DNA from: Amphiscolops sp. MND2022
Taxonomy: Eukaryota
Direction of reading: 5' to 3'
DNA: 64,000 nt
Assembly (NCBI GenBank): GCA_964187785.1
Contig: OZ076409.1
Coordinates: 1,116,001-1,180,000 of the forward strand
Shown: in pieces, positions 51,901-62,657 of the stretch
Layout: each line of letters starts with the position of its first letter
How positions within the stretch are numbered: position 1 is the stretch's first letter
The notes under the pieces: generated by a model
The model's database searches: none
What the model was told of the DNA's origin: nothing
The model's input: only the letters and a program-made list of their open reading frames with translations
Position numbers and translations under genes: made by a program

Positions 51901-54171
51901 CAGGGTGTGTGATGACGGTGTGGAAATCTAGGACAGCCTTCCCTCTTCAATGACGGAAGACCGCAGTTTCGACTTGGTTGTTGGTTCTTTTTAAAGATCT
52001 ACAGCCACGAATGCATAGAATGGAGCTGCGAAGTAGCGCAAAACTTACTTTCGTTCTAATGAACGTGATGGAATCAGCATAGCTTTCATTTCTTCGCTCA
52101 CATAGTTTTGCAGCAAAGCGTTTCATGACTTTGGTAGCCGTGGGTCCTGCACCGCCAGTACATGCAAAGATCAAGGGGTTGAAACTCGCGTTCTCCACTT
52201 CAACAATTCTCTGCTCATATTTGAGTTTTTTTGCGATTCATAGTGGGTATAGGCTTCTCCGATTGACTTGGAACAGCTTTTTACGAGAGGATTAAAAATT
52301 TTGACATCAAAAAACTTCTCGCTGAATCTTGTTTCCCATAGTCCGTTCGCTTTAATGTCCAGTCGGGCTTGATCTTCAGTGATCGTTGTTTTGAAATCAA
52401 AGGACTCGCCTTGTAGCGGCTAAAGATGCGGTTCGATCTCAACATCGTAGCAAACGTCATCCATAATTTTGGCAAAGGTGTCAAATTGCATCAGTATGAG
52501 TTTGTTTTGAGTTGTTAAACTTCGAAATCTATCTTAATACATGTATTTTCAAAAAAGTCTAATTTTACAGCTTTTTTACCATTTCAGGATGATTTCTAAA
52601 TCAAAACGTATCAAGGGCTTCAGTTAAATCAGGGGAGTCGATTGCACATAAAATTTCTCATAAAAAACTCAATTTTGATCTAAATTTGGTTAAAAATGGC
52701 CTATCGTAACTTGGACAATTTTCATCACATAACCTTCAAATAAACATATTTGTTAACTAGATAAAAATCTATGAAACTTTCACTTTTATCATTTTTCAAA
52801 AATCGCAGTTGTTTTAGAGATATTCGATTTTGAGATTTGCCTTTTGTTGCTTTTGGAAATATCTTTATTGTACATCTTCTAATACGCAGAATCGAACTCT
52901 TCAGAAGTGCCAAGCTAATCTTAGTCCTGACGTATCCTACAACATCGGCGAATGACTTATGACAGATGTTCTGGCTGAATTTGAGCGAAAGTATTGTGAT
53001 GATTTTTGACACGAAGGGGGCGGCTCCTCCTATAGTCGCAAAGACCAGAGGGCTGAAAGCTGTTTTAACTTTGGCTGAAGTTATAACCTGACTTGAAGCG
53101 AAAATTACCGAAAATGGTTTTAAAAGTTACTCCGACTTAATATAGCAATTAGCTATAGAAAAGATAAGCGTTGCACTTCTTTGAAGCTCCCTTCTCTGCC
53201 TTAGCTTATGTTGATCGACCCGCCGTTAACTAGCTACGGAAGAGCCCTCTATAAATGTCATAGTTCACGAGGGAGGGCTGTCTTAACCTTGCCAAACCAA
53301 CCATTCATGATAATCAAGAGAAAATCGTGGTACGACAACCTATTTTATAAACTCTCCTCCACTTTCCAATGTTTCAAAAATCTAATTCAATGGAACCGCT
53401 ACAGACACTGTAATGAGACTTTTACAACTTGTAGTGTAAGAACTAGCAGCGCTTTGAGAAGTAGCGTTTCGGATGAAATGTAAAGCAAAGAACTAAACTT
53501 AAAGCTCATCCATCGAGCGATTGCCAGCTTCGTTTAATCAAATTGCCTTCAAAACTGCACAAAAAAATTTGGATGTTTTGTTCGTATCAATTTTTCTTTT
53601 AAATTTATTTGATAGAAATGATCACCACTGGTGATGCGACAACTCGGACCACGCGCCAAATTCGGACCAAATATATCAATTCAGGCCAAATTATTACAGG
53701 GATTACAGGCTAATTACAGCGGTTATTCGGTCCGAATCTGCCTCTGTCCATCAGCACTACTTCAGTGGAAGCCGCTTATATGGGACGCCTCGGGACCGGG
53801 TATTCTTGTCTACTATATCCGTTGTCTCTTATATCAGTAGTACAATAATAAAGCTTTATTTCAGCGGGTACCGAAATATGCGTGCCAATTAAGCGTTCTC
53901 TTATACGCGTGTCCCATTTAAGGGGCTTCCCCTGTACTACGAAAGCTGAGGGGGGTCTACCTTGTGAATGGGTGTCATCGTATTCTTCCTTTGCCTTCTC
54001 CTCCCCCAGTCCTTCTTTGTGGGAAGTAGAGTGCTGCCCTGTGTCAGTGAGAATCCTCACTTCTATGTCCGCGTGTTTGTGTCCCGTCTGCGAGTTGAGG
54101 ATCACTGTGTGTTGAATGCCTCCCTTCAGCAGCTCCCAAAGAGGCGCTCGTGAACAAACAGCCGCACTCAT
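45983..54171 (-). CDS. ~947 aa protein with a long acidic/Ser-rich region and C-terminal C2H2-type zinc fingers
   Basis: Phase-consistent exons 54171-53961, 51103-48664, 46175-45983. The junction gives GCR/NCEK; the last exon has CRFCTEHFISRRSLWQHLHATH and CPSCGRKSLNEAEHSRHVGSC. Confidence 0.75.
51947..53060 (-). mobile_element. Two fragments of a non-LTR retrotransposon C-terminus (restriction-like endonuclease type)
   Basis: FNPLIFACTGGAG...FIRTKVSFALLRSSILCIRG, and a second degenerate copy (VRTKISLALLKSSILRIR); frameshifted. Confidence 0.7.
53763..53934. mobile_element. Tc1/mariner-type MITE
   Basis: Imperfect TIR CAGTGGAAGCCGCTTATATGGGAC / GTCCCATTTAAGGGGCTTCCCCTG followed by TA. Confidence 0.65.
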
Positions 54172-56946
54172 TTTGTGACGTCACGCTCATTGCTCTGCCA
54201 CAGCTGGGCCGAGAAAGCATGAAACTGCCGCATCTGCTGGTACCTGTTATGTGTGTGACATTGGATTGGGCGATCAACCACTTTCAGCTGACTACATCTG
54301 ATATCTGATCTGGAAAACATCCATCATTTGAGCTAATCGCTCTACTTTGCCAAAATACTTCTAAACAGCAGCCGGCAGAATTTGAGCAGAGTCATGTTTC
54401 GAAAGACCTTACATGAGCATGTTGCTTACAGTCACCATATCCGTGCATTTCACATTCCTTAAATGGTAGTTAGTGCCTTGATTTGCTTATCATCCAATTC
54501 AGTTTTATATAAATTTCAATTCTTATTTTTAGTCGGCGCTTTTCAAGTGAAAAGAGCCAGACGATTGCAGTGGCTAGTTTTTCTTTTTTTTTTCGTCAGA
54601 CCACAGACCTCGTGTATGAACCACTTTTTACAGAAACTACTAAAACTACTCAGGCCAAGTCCGGCCAATGCAAACTTAGTGCAAAGGGTCCCCCTTTTCA
54701 TTTTTTACGTAACCTACAAAACCGGACAGACCAAAGGGTCCCCCTTCCAATTTTTTTCGGCACTGTGCGAATTTTTTTTCGAAAATTTTTAATGTCTCAA
54801 AAGAGTCCCCCCTTCGAGTTTTTTAAATATTTTGCAACAGAATGTATGTTAATGAATCCCAAAGGGCCCCCTTTTCATTTTTCGGCACTATGCGACAGTT
54901 TTCGAAAGAAAAAGGTACAAGTCTTTTTTCAAAAACAATTTTTTGTTCCCAATCAGAGAAAAAGTGATTTCCCAGTCATATCGAGCATGAAAGGCACACT
55001 TTGGGTGTTTCGAAACTGTTTTCAAAGCTTTTCATGAATACGTCCTGGGCATATTTAAAACTTTGCGCTTTTTGAGCCTTAAATATAGGGCCGACTTTAG
55101 ACGTTCCCGTCTTTTGAATTTTTCAGGGAGTCTGACCAACCTCTATACAAAACTAATTCTTGAGTAATCATAAAATCTAACATCCGCTCCACTAAAATTA
55201 ATTCAAGGGTTCGAAAGATACAAATACCGACGAAATCGAGCGGTCAAATTTAGAAAACGATTTTGCGAACATGCTTTTTCTGCCAGAGGTAACATTTCCA
55301 ACTGGTCCCCACTCAATGGAGTATACGAGTCAAACATTTTTCGAAAGGAACTATTTCGAGGAATCTCATCTCGAAAGCCGAACAAAGTCTCGGAAATAGG
55401 CTCCACTTGAATCAATCTAAACGCTTTTAAAGAGGCAAGTATTTTGTAAGACCGCAGATCTCACACTGAATGGTCCACTTTTTACACACTTCACGCCTAA
55501 GTTCTACATAGAGGCGAAGCCGTGCTTCGCAAACACTTGCGAACTTTTGAAGAAAACCAAATAAGCAATATCATACGGAAAACCAAGGGTAAAAGGAGAT
55601 TAAAATTTCATCAATTTTACAGCGGCAAAAAATACCCGAAGGGATACGCGTAAGCCTCGAAAACCATTCTTCCCCAACTGAAAACAGCAAAAAACCCATT
55701 CTTTCTCAACGGAAAACCTTAAACAGAAAATAGAAAAAAAAATTTCAAAATTTTTCGAAAACATTTTTGATGGTCTCCGGTAAGTCGCAAAGCCTTGAGG
55801 AGTCCTCTCGCAAAACGTTTCGTTTCTTGTAAAAATTGAGCAGGGGCTTCGGTGAAAACAAATTTTAAAAAAGTCGCATAGAAAAAAGATCGGTCTTTAA
55901 AAAACGGTCTTTTAAAACTAAAAATTGAGAAAAAATTTTCCGAATTTTTTCGAATTTTTTTGAAGTTTCCGCTGAGTCGCATAGTGCCGAAAAATGTGAA
56001 AAAGGGACCCTTTAGGATTTTATAACATTCGTTCTGTTGCAAGATATCAAAAAATTGAAAGGAGGACGCTTTGGGGACATTAAAAAATTTTTGAAAAAAA
56101 ATAAGGGAGTCTAAAAAAATTTCGAAAAAAATTAGAATTTTGAACAGTCTCATAGTGCCGAAAATTTTGAAAAAAGGGACCCTTTGGGATTTTTTAACAT
56201 TCGTTCTCTTGCAAAATATCAAAAAATTGAAAGTACTCTTTGGGGACATTTAAAAAATTTCGAAAAAAAGTCTCACAAAGCCGAAAAAAAGTCTCATAGT
56301 GCCGAAAAAAGTCAGAACCTTCTGCTTCGGAATACTTGTAAAAAAATTAGCGCATACCCACGGGTTCGAACACGAAACCTCTGGGTTGAAAAGCAAGCAT
56401 CTTACCACTAGACAACGAACGCGTGAAACGTGCGAGTTGCCGCGTGAAATCAGAGAGTTGTCGCGCGGAAAAAAAAGCACCCGCACATTCCCATAACACT
56501 TGCTTATCGCAAGTGTAAAAAGGTCCCAAAGAAGCTAAATGGTACTTCCTTTTGAGTTTTTCATACTATTTACCGTGCCCTAGAAACTTTTGGAACCAAA
56601 GGGTCCCCTTAGGGTTTTTCGGCACTGTGCGACTTTTTTTCTCAAAAAATTACCGAAAATATTTGAGCGAATCGCACATCAATAATGAACCTATTTCTGA
56701 TACACGGAGAATCGAAAAAATACAACGGAATTAAAATTAATAAATTCAAGTTAAAATATTAATAGGATATGAGCTAAACAATTGAGCATTAATGTGATAA
56801 AAAATCAACCTGTAACTACATCAATTCTAATGCTAAACTGCTGCTACTACGGGTTTGATCTGATCTGCTGAACTAATTATGTCGTGAGTGAGAATGAAAA
56901 ACAAGCCAAATGGGGAGACATGATGGGAGGGTTGAATGAGATGGGA

Positions 56947-59469
56947 TTAGAGTATGCAAGTGTCAGTGGGTGGTTTTTCTAAAGGGGGCAATGGATCATC
57001 GAAGGTGTCTTCAAAGGTTCCCACAACCAAACGGGCCGTCACGGGAGCACCTCCTGCTTTTAGGTCATGAGCGGGGGTCGAGGTAGCTGACCCTGACCCA
57101 TCGGCGTCGCCGTCGTCGTTCAGCTGATACGGCTGCCCATTGTAGGACGACGATGAACTGCCCAAATGCACACTTCTAGAGGCATGGTTGTGATGGAACC
57201 GGTCATGCAGTTTCAGAACAGTCGCACTCATCTCTTGAGTAATGACGTCATTTGAGAGCATGTTTGCCATAGTTTCGCCAAACCCGGAGGCCGTGTTACT
57301 CAGAGAGGCCGCCAGTGATAGAGCAGAGTGCTGAGACACTACTTGATTGCCGTACGAGGACGTTTGGGTGAGATACATGCTAGCTGTTTCGTCTGAGGTT
57401 GCATTCACTTGATACAACGGGCCTGTTTTTGAGGCGATGCCTTTTCCCTTCAGAGGTACGTCTGTTTGCGCCCCCTGTTGCGATATAGGATGATTGTGAG
57501 GATGAATGATCGATCCCATGTTTTGGTGTTCAAATATGCTCTCTTTGATCACAGGCGGAATCGACAACGGCTGCAGAAACATGGAAGAGGTCTGCATCGA
57601 ATGAAGTATCCCAGTATGCTCTACGTTCCGCACACTTATCATCATACTGGCGTCTTTTCGCACCTGGCCTTTCAAGTTCGCCAAAAAGATTTCTGACGCT
57701 TGCCCGGGTTTCCAATCAGGATTGGTCAGTGCAAAATTCACCAGAGACAATTCCGTCTTTCCATCTTCAGATTGCATCGCTTGAGAAGGCAACGCCGCTC
57801 TTTCCTTCTCTTCAGCATCGCCAGAGGCTTTTCCATTGGCCATGACGTCATCTTCGTCCATCCAATGAGGATTTCCATGTTTATGCACATCCAGTTGTGC
57901 AAACGAACACACATCTCCAACTCCAGCAACGTCAATACTGAAGTTTCGCAGGAAATCCACCACCTCCAAACTTTTGTTGCGAAACGAGAAAATCAGGATC
58001 AAAGGGGTAATCAATGGACTCACCAACTCTTCGACGAAGAAAGTGACTTTGAGCTGGAAAAACTTGGAGAACTCATTGCGGACAGTTGATGTATGAGCTT
58101 TTGTGCGCCAGGTGGCAGGCATGTAGTGAATATGAGCCAAGACGCTCTTAAGGAGCAATTCAGGACAGAAAATAAAGTTTTCTTCGGGGATAAATACACG
58201 CGATAGTGCAGTCAACACTCCAGTGACCGTGAGAATAGTTATGACGTGTTCTACCTGAAGAACATCTTCGTCAATGACAGTCAACACCAAAATGACAGCA
58301 CAGATAGAACCGGAAAAGAAAGCGACATTGTGAGCGATGATTGAGGCGAAAGTGGACATGAAGCAGTTGAGGTACATACAAGCAGGTTTGTAGGCACGTG
58401 ACAATCGGGCACTGAACTCATGCTCAACTTCGTTGTAATGTCTGAGGTATAGGCGACTAAACAAAGACCACTTTCTCATTCCCAAACTGGACGGGTCGCG
58501 TTTGATGAGGTCGGCATAGCTAAAGAAAGATAGCAACAGTTGGTAGAAAAAAATGAAAGGTGACAATGCTAAATTGGCGAGACCAACGAGAAGAATCCTA
58601 TTTGACATCTCATTTGCCAGTTGATTGCGTGCCCCTTTTCTTTTGAATACTTCTCGTAAACTCCAATTATTAGAGAATGGAGCCCAAGGGCCCCAAAATA
58701 AGATGAAACCAAAATTGAACTTGAGACCTTGTGATAGAAAAGTGTAATCACCGAAGAAGGGTACGTAAAACTTCACGGGTAAAATTTCCTTATTGATTAG
58801 AGCTATTTCATAATTTTTAAAACGTAATATTCGAGAATATATGTCCAAAGATGTCAACTCTCGTTTATGGATACACATTTGCTGGTCGTATTGGACTTTT
58901 TTCAGTCGGTCAAGAACTTCAAACCAGGTGTAATTTTCAAGCTCTCTACTGGGTATAACCAATGCAGTTTCATAGAACATTCTGGTTTCCCAAAACCGCG
59001 TAAGAACAATTCCAGCTCTTGCGCAACGGAAGATCCAGAAAATTAAGGCCATAAGAAACAAAATTTGCATGGATAATGAAGTATCTGCTAAGCATTGATC
59101 CAAGGGAAGCACGACATCTTGTAACTTAACCTTGGGAGGCCAAGGTATTCGAATTGAAGAGTTGCCAAGTATAGGATAATCTTCAGTATCTCCGAACAAT
59201 ACAGGGTAATCAATACATTGTAGTAGTATGACTGATAATAATATAACGAAAATGAACTGACACAAGGTGAAAAGTTCAGTCGTCGCAATACATAAAAACC
59301 CATTTCGCTGATGATAGAGGTATACTCGACGAAAGAAATCATCAAGATTTTCAACATGATGCCACGACTTCGCAATATCTGCAAAATAGGTCATATGGTC
59401 GTCACCAGGTAGAGCCCCGGTGGTTTCATCCTCAGGGTAAGTGTCCAGCCGCTGATACTTGGTTCCCAT
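56947..59469 (-). CDS. ATG9: Autophagy-related protein 9 (lipid scramblase), intronless, 840 aa
   Basis: Hallmark motifs WHHVENLDDFFRRVYLYHQRNGFLCI, QMCIHKRELTSLDIYSRILRFKNY, VLAHIHYMP, FLRNFSIDVAGVGDVCSFAQLDV, DGKTELSLVNF. Confidence 0.97.
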   Translation of the reverse strand: MGTKYQRLDTYPEDETTGALPGDDHMTYFADIAKSWHHVENLDDFFRRVYLYHQRNGFLCIATTELFTLCQFIFVILLSVILLQCIDYPVLFGDTEDYPILGNSSIRIPWPPKVKLQDVVLPLDQCLADTSLSMQILFLMALIFWIFRCARAGIVLTRFWETRMFYETALVIPSRELENYTWFEVLDRLKKVQYDQQMCIHKRELTSLDIYSRILRFKNYEIALINKEILPVKFYVPFFGDYTFLSQGLKFNFGFILFWGPWAPFSNNWSLREVFKRKGARNQLANEMSNRILLVGLANLALSPFIFFYQLLLSFFSYADLIKRDPSSLGMRKWSLFSRLYLRHYNEVEHEFSARLSRAYKPACMYLNCFMSTFASIIAHNVAFFSGSICAVILVLTVIDEDVLQVEHVITILTVTGVLTALSRVFIPEENFIFCPELLLKSVLAHIHYMPATWRTKAHTSTVRNEFSKFFQLKVTFFVEELVSPLITPLILIFSFRNKSLEVVDFLRNFSIDVAGVGDVCSFAQLDVHKHGNPHWMDEDDVMANGKASGDAEEKERAALPSQAMQSEDGKTELSLVNFALTNPDWKPGQASEIFLANLKGQVRKDASMMISVRNVEHTGILHSMQTSSMFLQPLSIPPVIKESIFEHQNMGSIIHPHNHPISQQGAQTDVPLKGKGIASKTGPLYQVNATSDETASMYLTQTSSYGNQVVSQHSALSLAASLSNTASGFGETMANMLSNDVITQEMSATVLKLHDRFHHNHASRSVHLGSSSSSYNGQPYQLNDDGDADGSGSATSTPAHDLKAGGAPVTARLVVGTFEDTFDDPLPPLEKPPTDTCIL

Positions 59470-59666
59470 TTCGAAGAGGTATCAATGCAAACAATCACAT
59501 CCCCATTGCAATCTGAAACAGAACTATAGTTAAGAAGAAGAGATGTATTAACCTTCGGGATGTGGCAGTACAAATGACTTTCTATCATTGATTCCAGAAC
59601 AAAGTAAATAGTATTTAAAAAATTGACACAGAAGAAAGGCAAGTGAGGATTGCAGAGTTATAATAA

Positions 59667-59945
59667 TTAATCGATGCTTGCAATAAAGCCAGCCAACGCG
59701 TTTATAACATGCTTGTTTTCGCAATTTAGCAAACCAACTAGTGTTTCTTCAATGTTTTGATTTTGAAGCTCCTTAATGAAACTCCTTCGGTGTTCTTGGT
59801 ATGAGACACAGGAAAATAAGAAATGTGCAGTATCATAGACAACTTTACAATAGGGAACTTTCCTAGGATATGGTGCAAGCATTTTCATGATGCTGTTTCT
59901 TACTTTAAGCCCTGAGTAATTTGAGTACATAAGACCTTGCTTCAT
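59667..59945 (-). mobile_element. 3' fragment of a LINE ORF2 (CCHC-type C-terminal domain); duplicate at 62855-63133
   Basis: PYCKVVYDTAHFLFSCVSYQEHR resembles the CxxC-x7-HxxxxCxxY-xx-R tail of non-LTR RT proteins. Confidence 0.55.
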
Positions 59946-60778
59946 TTCTCGTTGCCATAAGTGGGTGGGCGGAAATAGGTCGGAAGAAAATCAGAGTTAG
60001 TCCTCAGGTCGACATACCAATTTTTGGAAGGGATCGAAACAACTTGGATCGAAATTTTTATAACGTAGTCAGATATGTTCACATACCCCTAGTGCCCTGA
60101 ATGCAGGAGCGAAGCGAAGCGGAGCGACGTGCCATATGGCCATGCCTCAATGTTGCTACTTGGCAAAGGGAGCAAAGCGACCGAGCCATACATCAAATAC
60201 GATAAAATTCGACCGCATGCCATTCGATCCCTGCAATTCGATCAAAAGGTTCGACCTCTGTCCTGTAACGTCCTCAATACGAAAACGTGGTTATAGAAGA
60301 ATTAATTCTATGTCCATATAGAAGAAATGTTCATTTGAATTTATGAATGTATTCAATGTGAGATATAGCTCTGGGAATTTCGACAATAGGCGAAAAGCAA
60401 ATGGCCAACATCTCATATCGCTTGAATACCCTTTATCTTTATGATAGTCTGGCGAAGTCCGCAGATATCTGAGGGTTTTTATATTTTCTCAATACAGTCC
60501 GTCGAAACCCGACGGTTTCTTACTTACTTTGGATACCTTACTGTCGAACCCCGACAGTTGGTTAACTTAGGATTGTCGATCCCCGACAACCCTTATTCGA
60601 ATATGTCTGATAACAATAATTTGTTTCTCATCGTAAATCTGTCCGAACGTTTGACTTTTATTCATTTTTAATTTTTCCAAAATTCTTTATATAGGTTTCC
60701 TATATTGCCCTCCTCTATAAGAGAGGTTATTCGCCGCTTAGAAGAAATAAACAAGCAAACATTAAAACACGCAAATCA

Positions 60779-61570
60779 TTAGTCTTTGCTGTTGTTTTTA
60801 AAACTGAGAAACTCCTCTGCCGCCTCACATCCCTCAGCTTCGTATCGGAGTCTTGCCTCGGGGTCACTTAGTATCCGATGTGCCCTCTGAAGCTGAACAA
60901 ACACGTCGTAGGAGCCTCCATGATCTGGGTTGCAGAACAGGCTGAGTTTTTTAAATCTTTTTGCAATGGTCTCGACTGAAGCATTGGATGACACCATAAG
61001 TTGGTCGTACAGCGTCAGCTTGTCGCCCATTTTGAAGGTTTCTCTGGTTTCCAGTTCCCTTTCGAGACCATTGATAGCTTCGCCCTGCAATTGCAGCTCC
61101 TCCACCAATATTTGTTCTTGACTGCGACTCTCCTCTATTGCAGTTATCTCTGCAGCATAGTCAGCTTCAATGCTGTCCACTTGTCGCCCCAATTTCTTCG
61201 ACGTTTCCTTGTACTCAGTCAAGGATTGTTGCCGCTGATTTGCTGCCTCCTTCCAGAGATGTAGTTGGCCGTCACTGATGTCTGCTTTCTTCTGCCAACT
61301 GAGGATCTCAGCTTTGAGAGCATCCAGTTGATAAACAACAGATTGCCGTTCCGTTATCAGTTCAGCATTTTTGTTTCGCAGTACTGACAGTCCTTCGTCG
61401 TCAATCTCAGCTCTTCTAACCAGCGTCACTGGATAGAGGGTGTCAACTGCCGCAACTTTCCGAGTTTTGCTGACAAGGCCTTCCACCCGGAACACTCCAG
61501 AAGGCATCTGAGACTTCACCACAAAAACCTCAGGCAGGTAGTAGACGATGTCCCCAGCTGAAGGATGCAT
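60779..61570 (-). CDS. Intronless coiled-coil protein with a C-terminal J-domain (HPD replaced by NPD); the 3' end of a second copy is at 63967-64000
   Basis: TLYDQLMVSSNASVETIAKRFKKLSLFCNPDHGG...LQRAHRILSDPEARLRYE is a DnaJ J-domain pattern; the middle region is heptad-rich. Confidence 0.75.
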   Translation of the reverse strand: MHPSAGDIVYYLPEVFVVKSQMPSGVFRVEGLVSKTRKVAAVDTLYPVTLVRRAEIDDEGLSVLRNKNAELITERQSVVYQLDALKAEILSWQKKADISDGQLHLWKEAANQRQQSLTEYKETSKKLGRQVDSIEADYAAEITAIEESRSQEQILVEELQLQGEAINGLERELETRETFKMGDKLTLYDQLMVSSNASVETIAKRFKKLSLFCNPDHGGSYDVFVQLQRAHRILSDPEARLRYEAEGCEAAEEFLSFKNNSKD

Positions 61571-61887
61571 GCTTAAACACCAAAATCAGCACCACAATTG
61601 AGTATAAATGTATAGTTACTGCACCTAAAACAATTGAGACGGTGCAGAGCGATGCCCGCTAGACATGGAATTTGTCGAAGTCGACATGTTCATTATCAAA
61701 TGATTCAATCAACAGGTGACTCTCACCTTGTCTCTTTTTTTTTTAAAGTGAACACACTTTAGTTACCCCCTTTTTAGGTAATTCCCACCTAGAGAACTTT
61801 GTGTCTCAGTTTTTTTTATTATGATGAATATTATTTTAAAAAAATCAAAAGTACGAAAAGAATTATAAAGTTAACAGTTCATTTCAG

Positions 61888-62173
61888 TTAGTCACTCCAA
61901 TTAGCTCTCCGGGTTAACTCTTCTTCTGCCCTCTCTAACCCGAATGTGTCGTATATGTTTCTTGCATTCTGGTTACTCACAATAAGATACGCCCTATGGA
62001 TTGTTTTGAAGTGTTCCTCACATCCGCCAGCATCAGGATGAGTTAAGGCAGCTAATTTTTTGTAATTACGCTTGATATCCTCAACGTCTGCGTCATCCTT
62101 TACGAGAAGAAATCTCATACGGTGTGAACGGACGTTGGATGAGTTTTTTTTTGTTTCAGCTCCCTAATAATTT
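61888..62173 (-). pseudogene. 3' fragment of a second J-domain gene (HPD intact)
   Basis: PFTPYEI, then a 1-nt shift, then LLVKDDADVEDIKRNYKKLAALTHPDAGG...HRAYLIVSNQNARNIYD. Confidence 0.7.
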
Positions 62174-62657
62174 TTTCCCAAAACAGCGTAAGAACAATTC
62201 CAGCTCTTGCGCAACGGAAGATCCAGAAAATTAAGGCCATAAGAAACAAAATTTGCATGGATAATGAAGTATCTGCTAAGCATTGATCCAAGGGAAGCAC
62301 GACATCTTGTAACTTAACCTTGGGAGGCCAAGGTATTCGAATTGAAGAGTTGCCAAGTATAGGATAATTTTCAGTATCTCCGAACAATACAGGGTAATCA
62401 ATACATTGTAGTAGTATGACTGATAATAATATAACGAAAATGAACTGACACAAGGTGAAAAGTTCAGTCGTCGCAATACATAAAAACCCATTTCGCTGAT
62501 GATAGAGGTATACTCGACGAAAGAAATCATCAAGATTTTCAACATGATGCCACGACTTCGCAATATCTGCAAAATAGGTCATATGGTCGTCACCAGGTAG
62601 AGCCCCGGTGGTTTCATCCTCAGGGTAAGTGTCCAGCCGCTGATACTTGGTTCCCAT
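62174..62657 (-). pseudogene. ATG9: Truncated 5' duplicate of ATG9 (first ~160 codons) fused to J-domain gene sequence
   Basis: Nearly identical to 58986-59469; diverges after ...VLTLFWE. Confidence 0.9.

Noticed and set aside
51104..53960. Clasp in intron 1 of the zinc-finger gene (also GPCR introns 38371-37898 and 32536-31089)
   Set aside because: At most 6-8 bp or G-U-rich matches; counted as exceptions.
54463..56734. F/K-rich ORFs of 60-176 aa
   Set aside because: They arise from A/T-run-rich dispersed repeats and show no protein-like motifs.
60085..60135. Canonical Helitron 3' end (hairpin plus CTAG)
   Set aside because: CTAG on the minus strand is followed by G rather than the expected T, and no 5' end was identified; kept only as a weak hypothesis.
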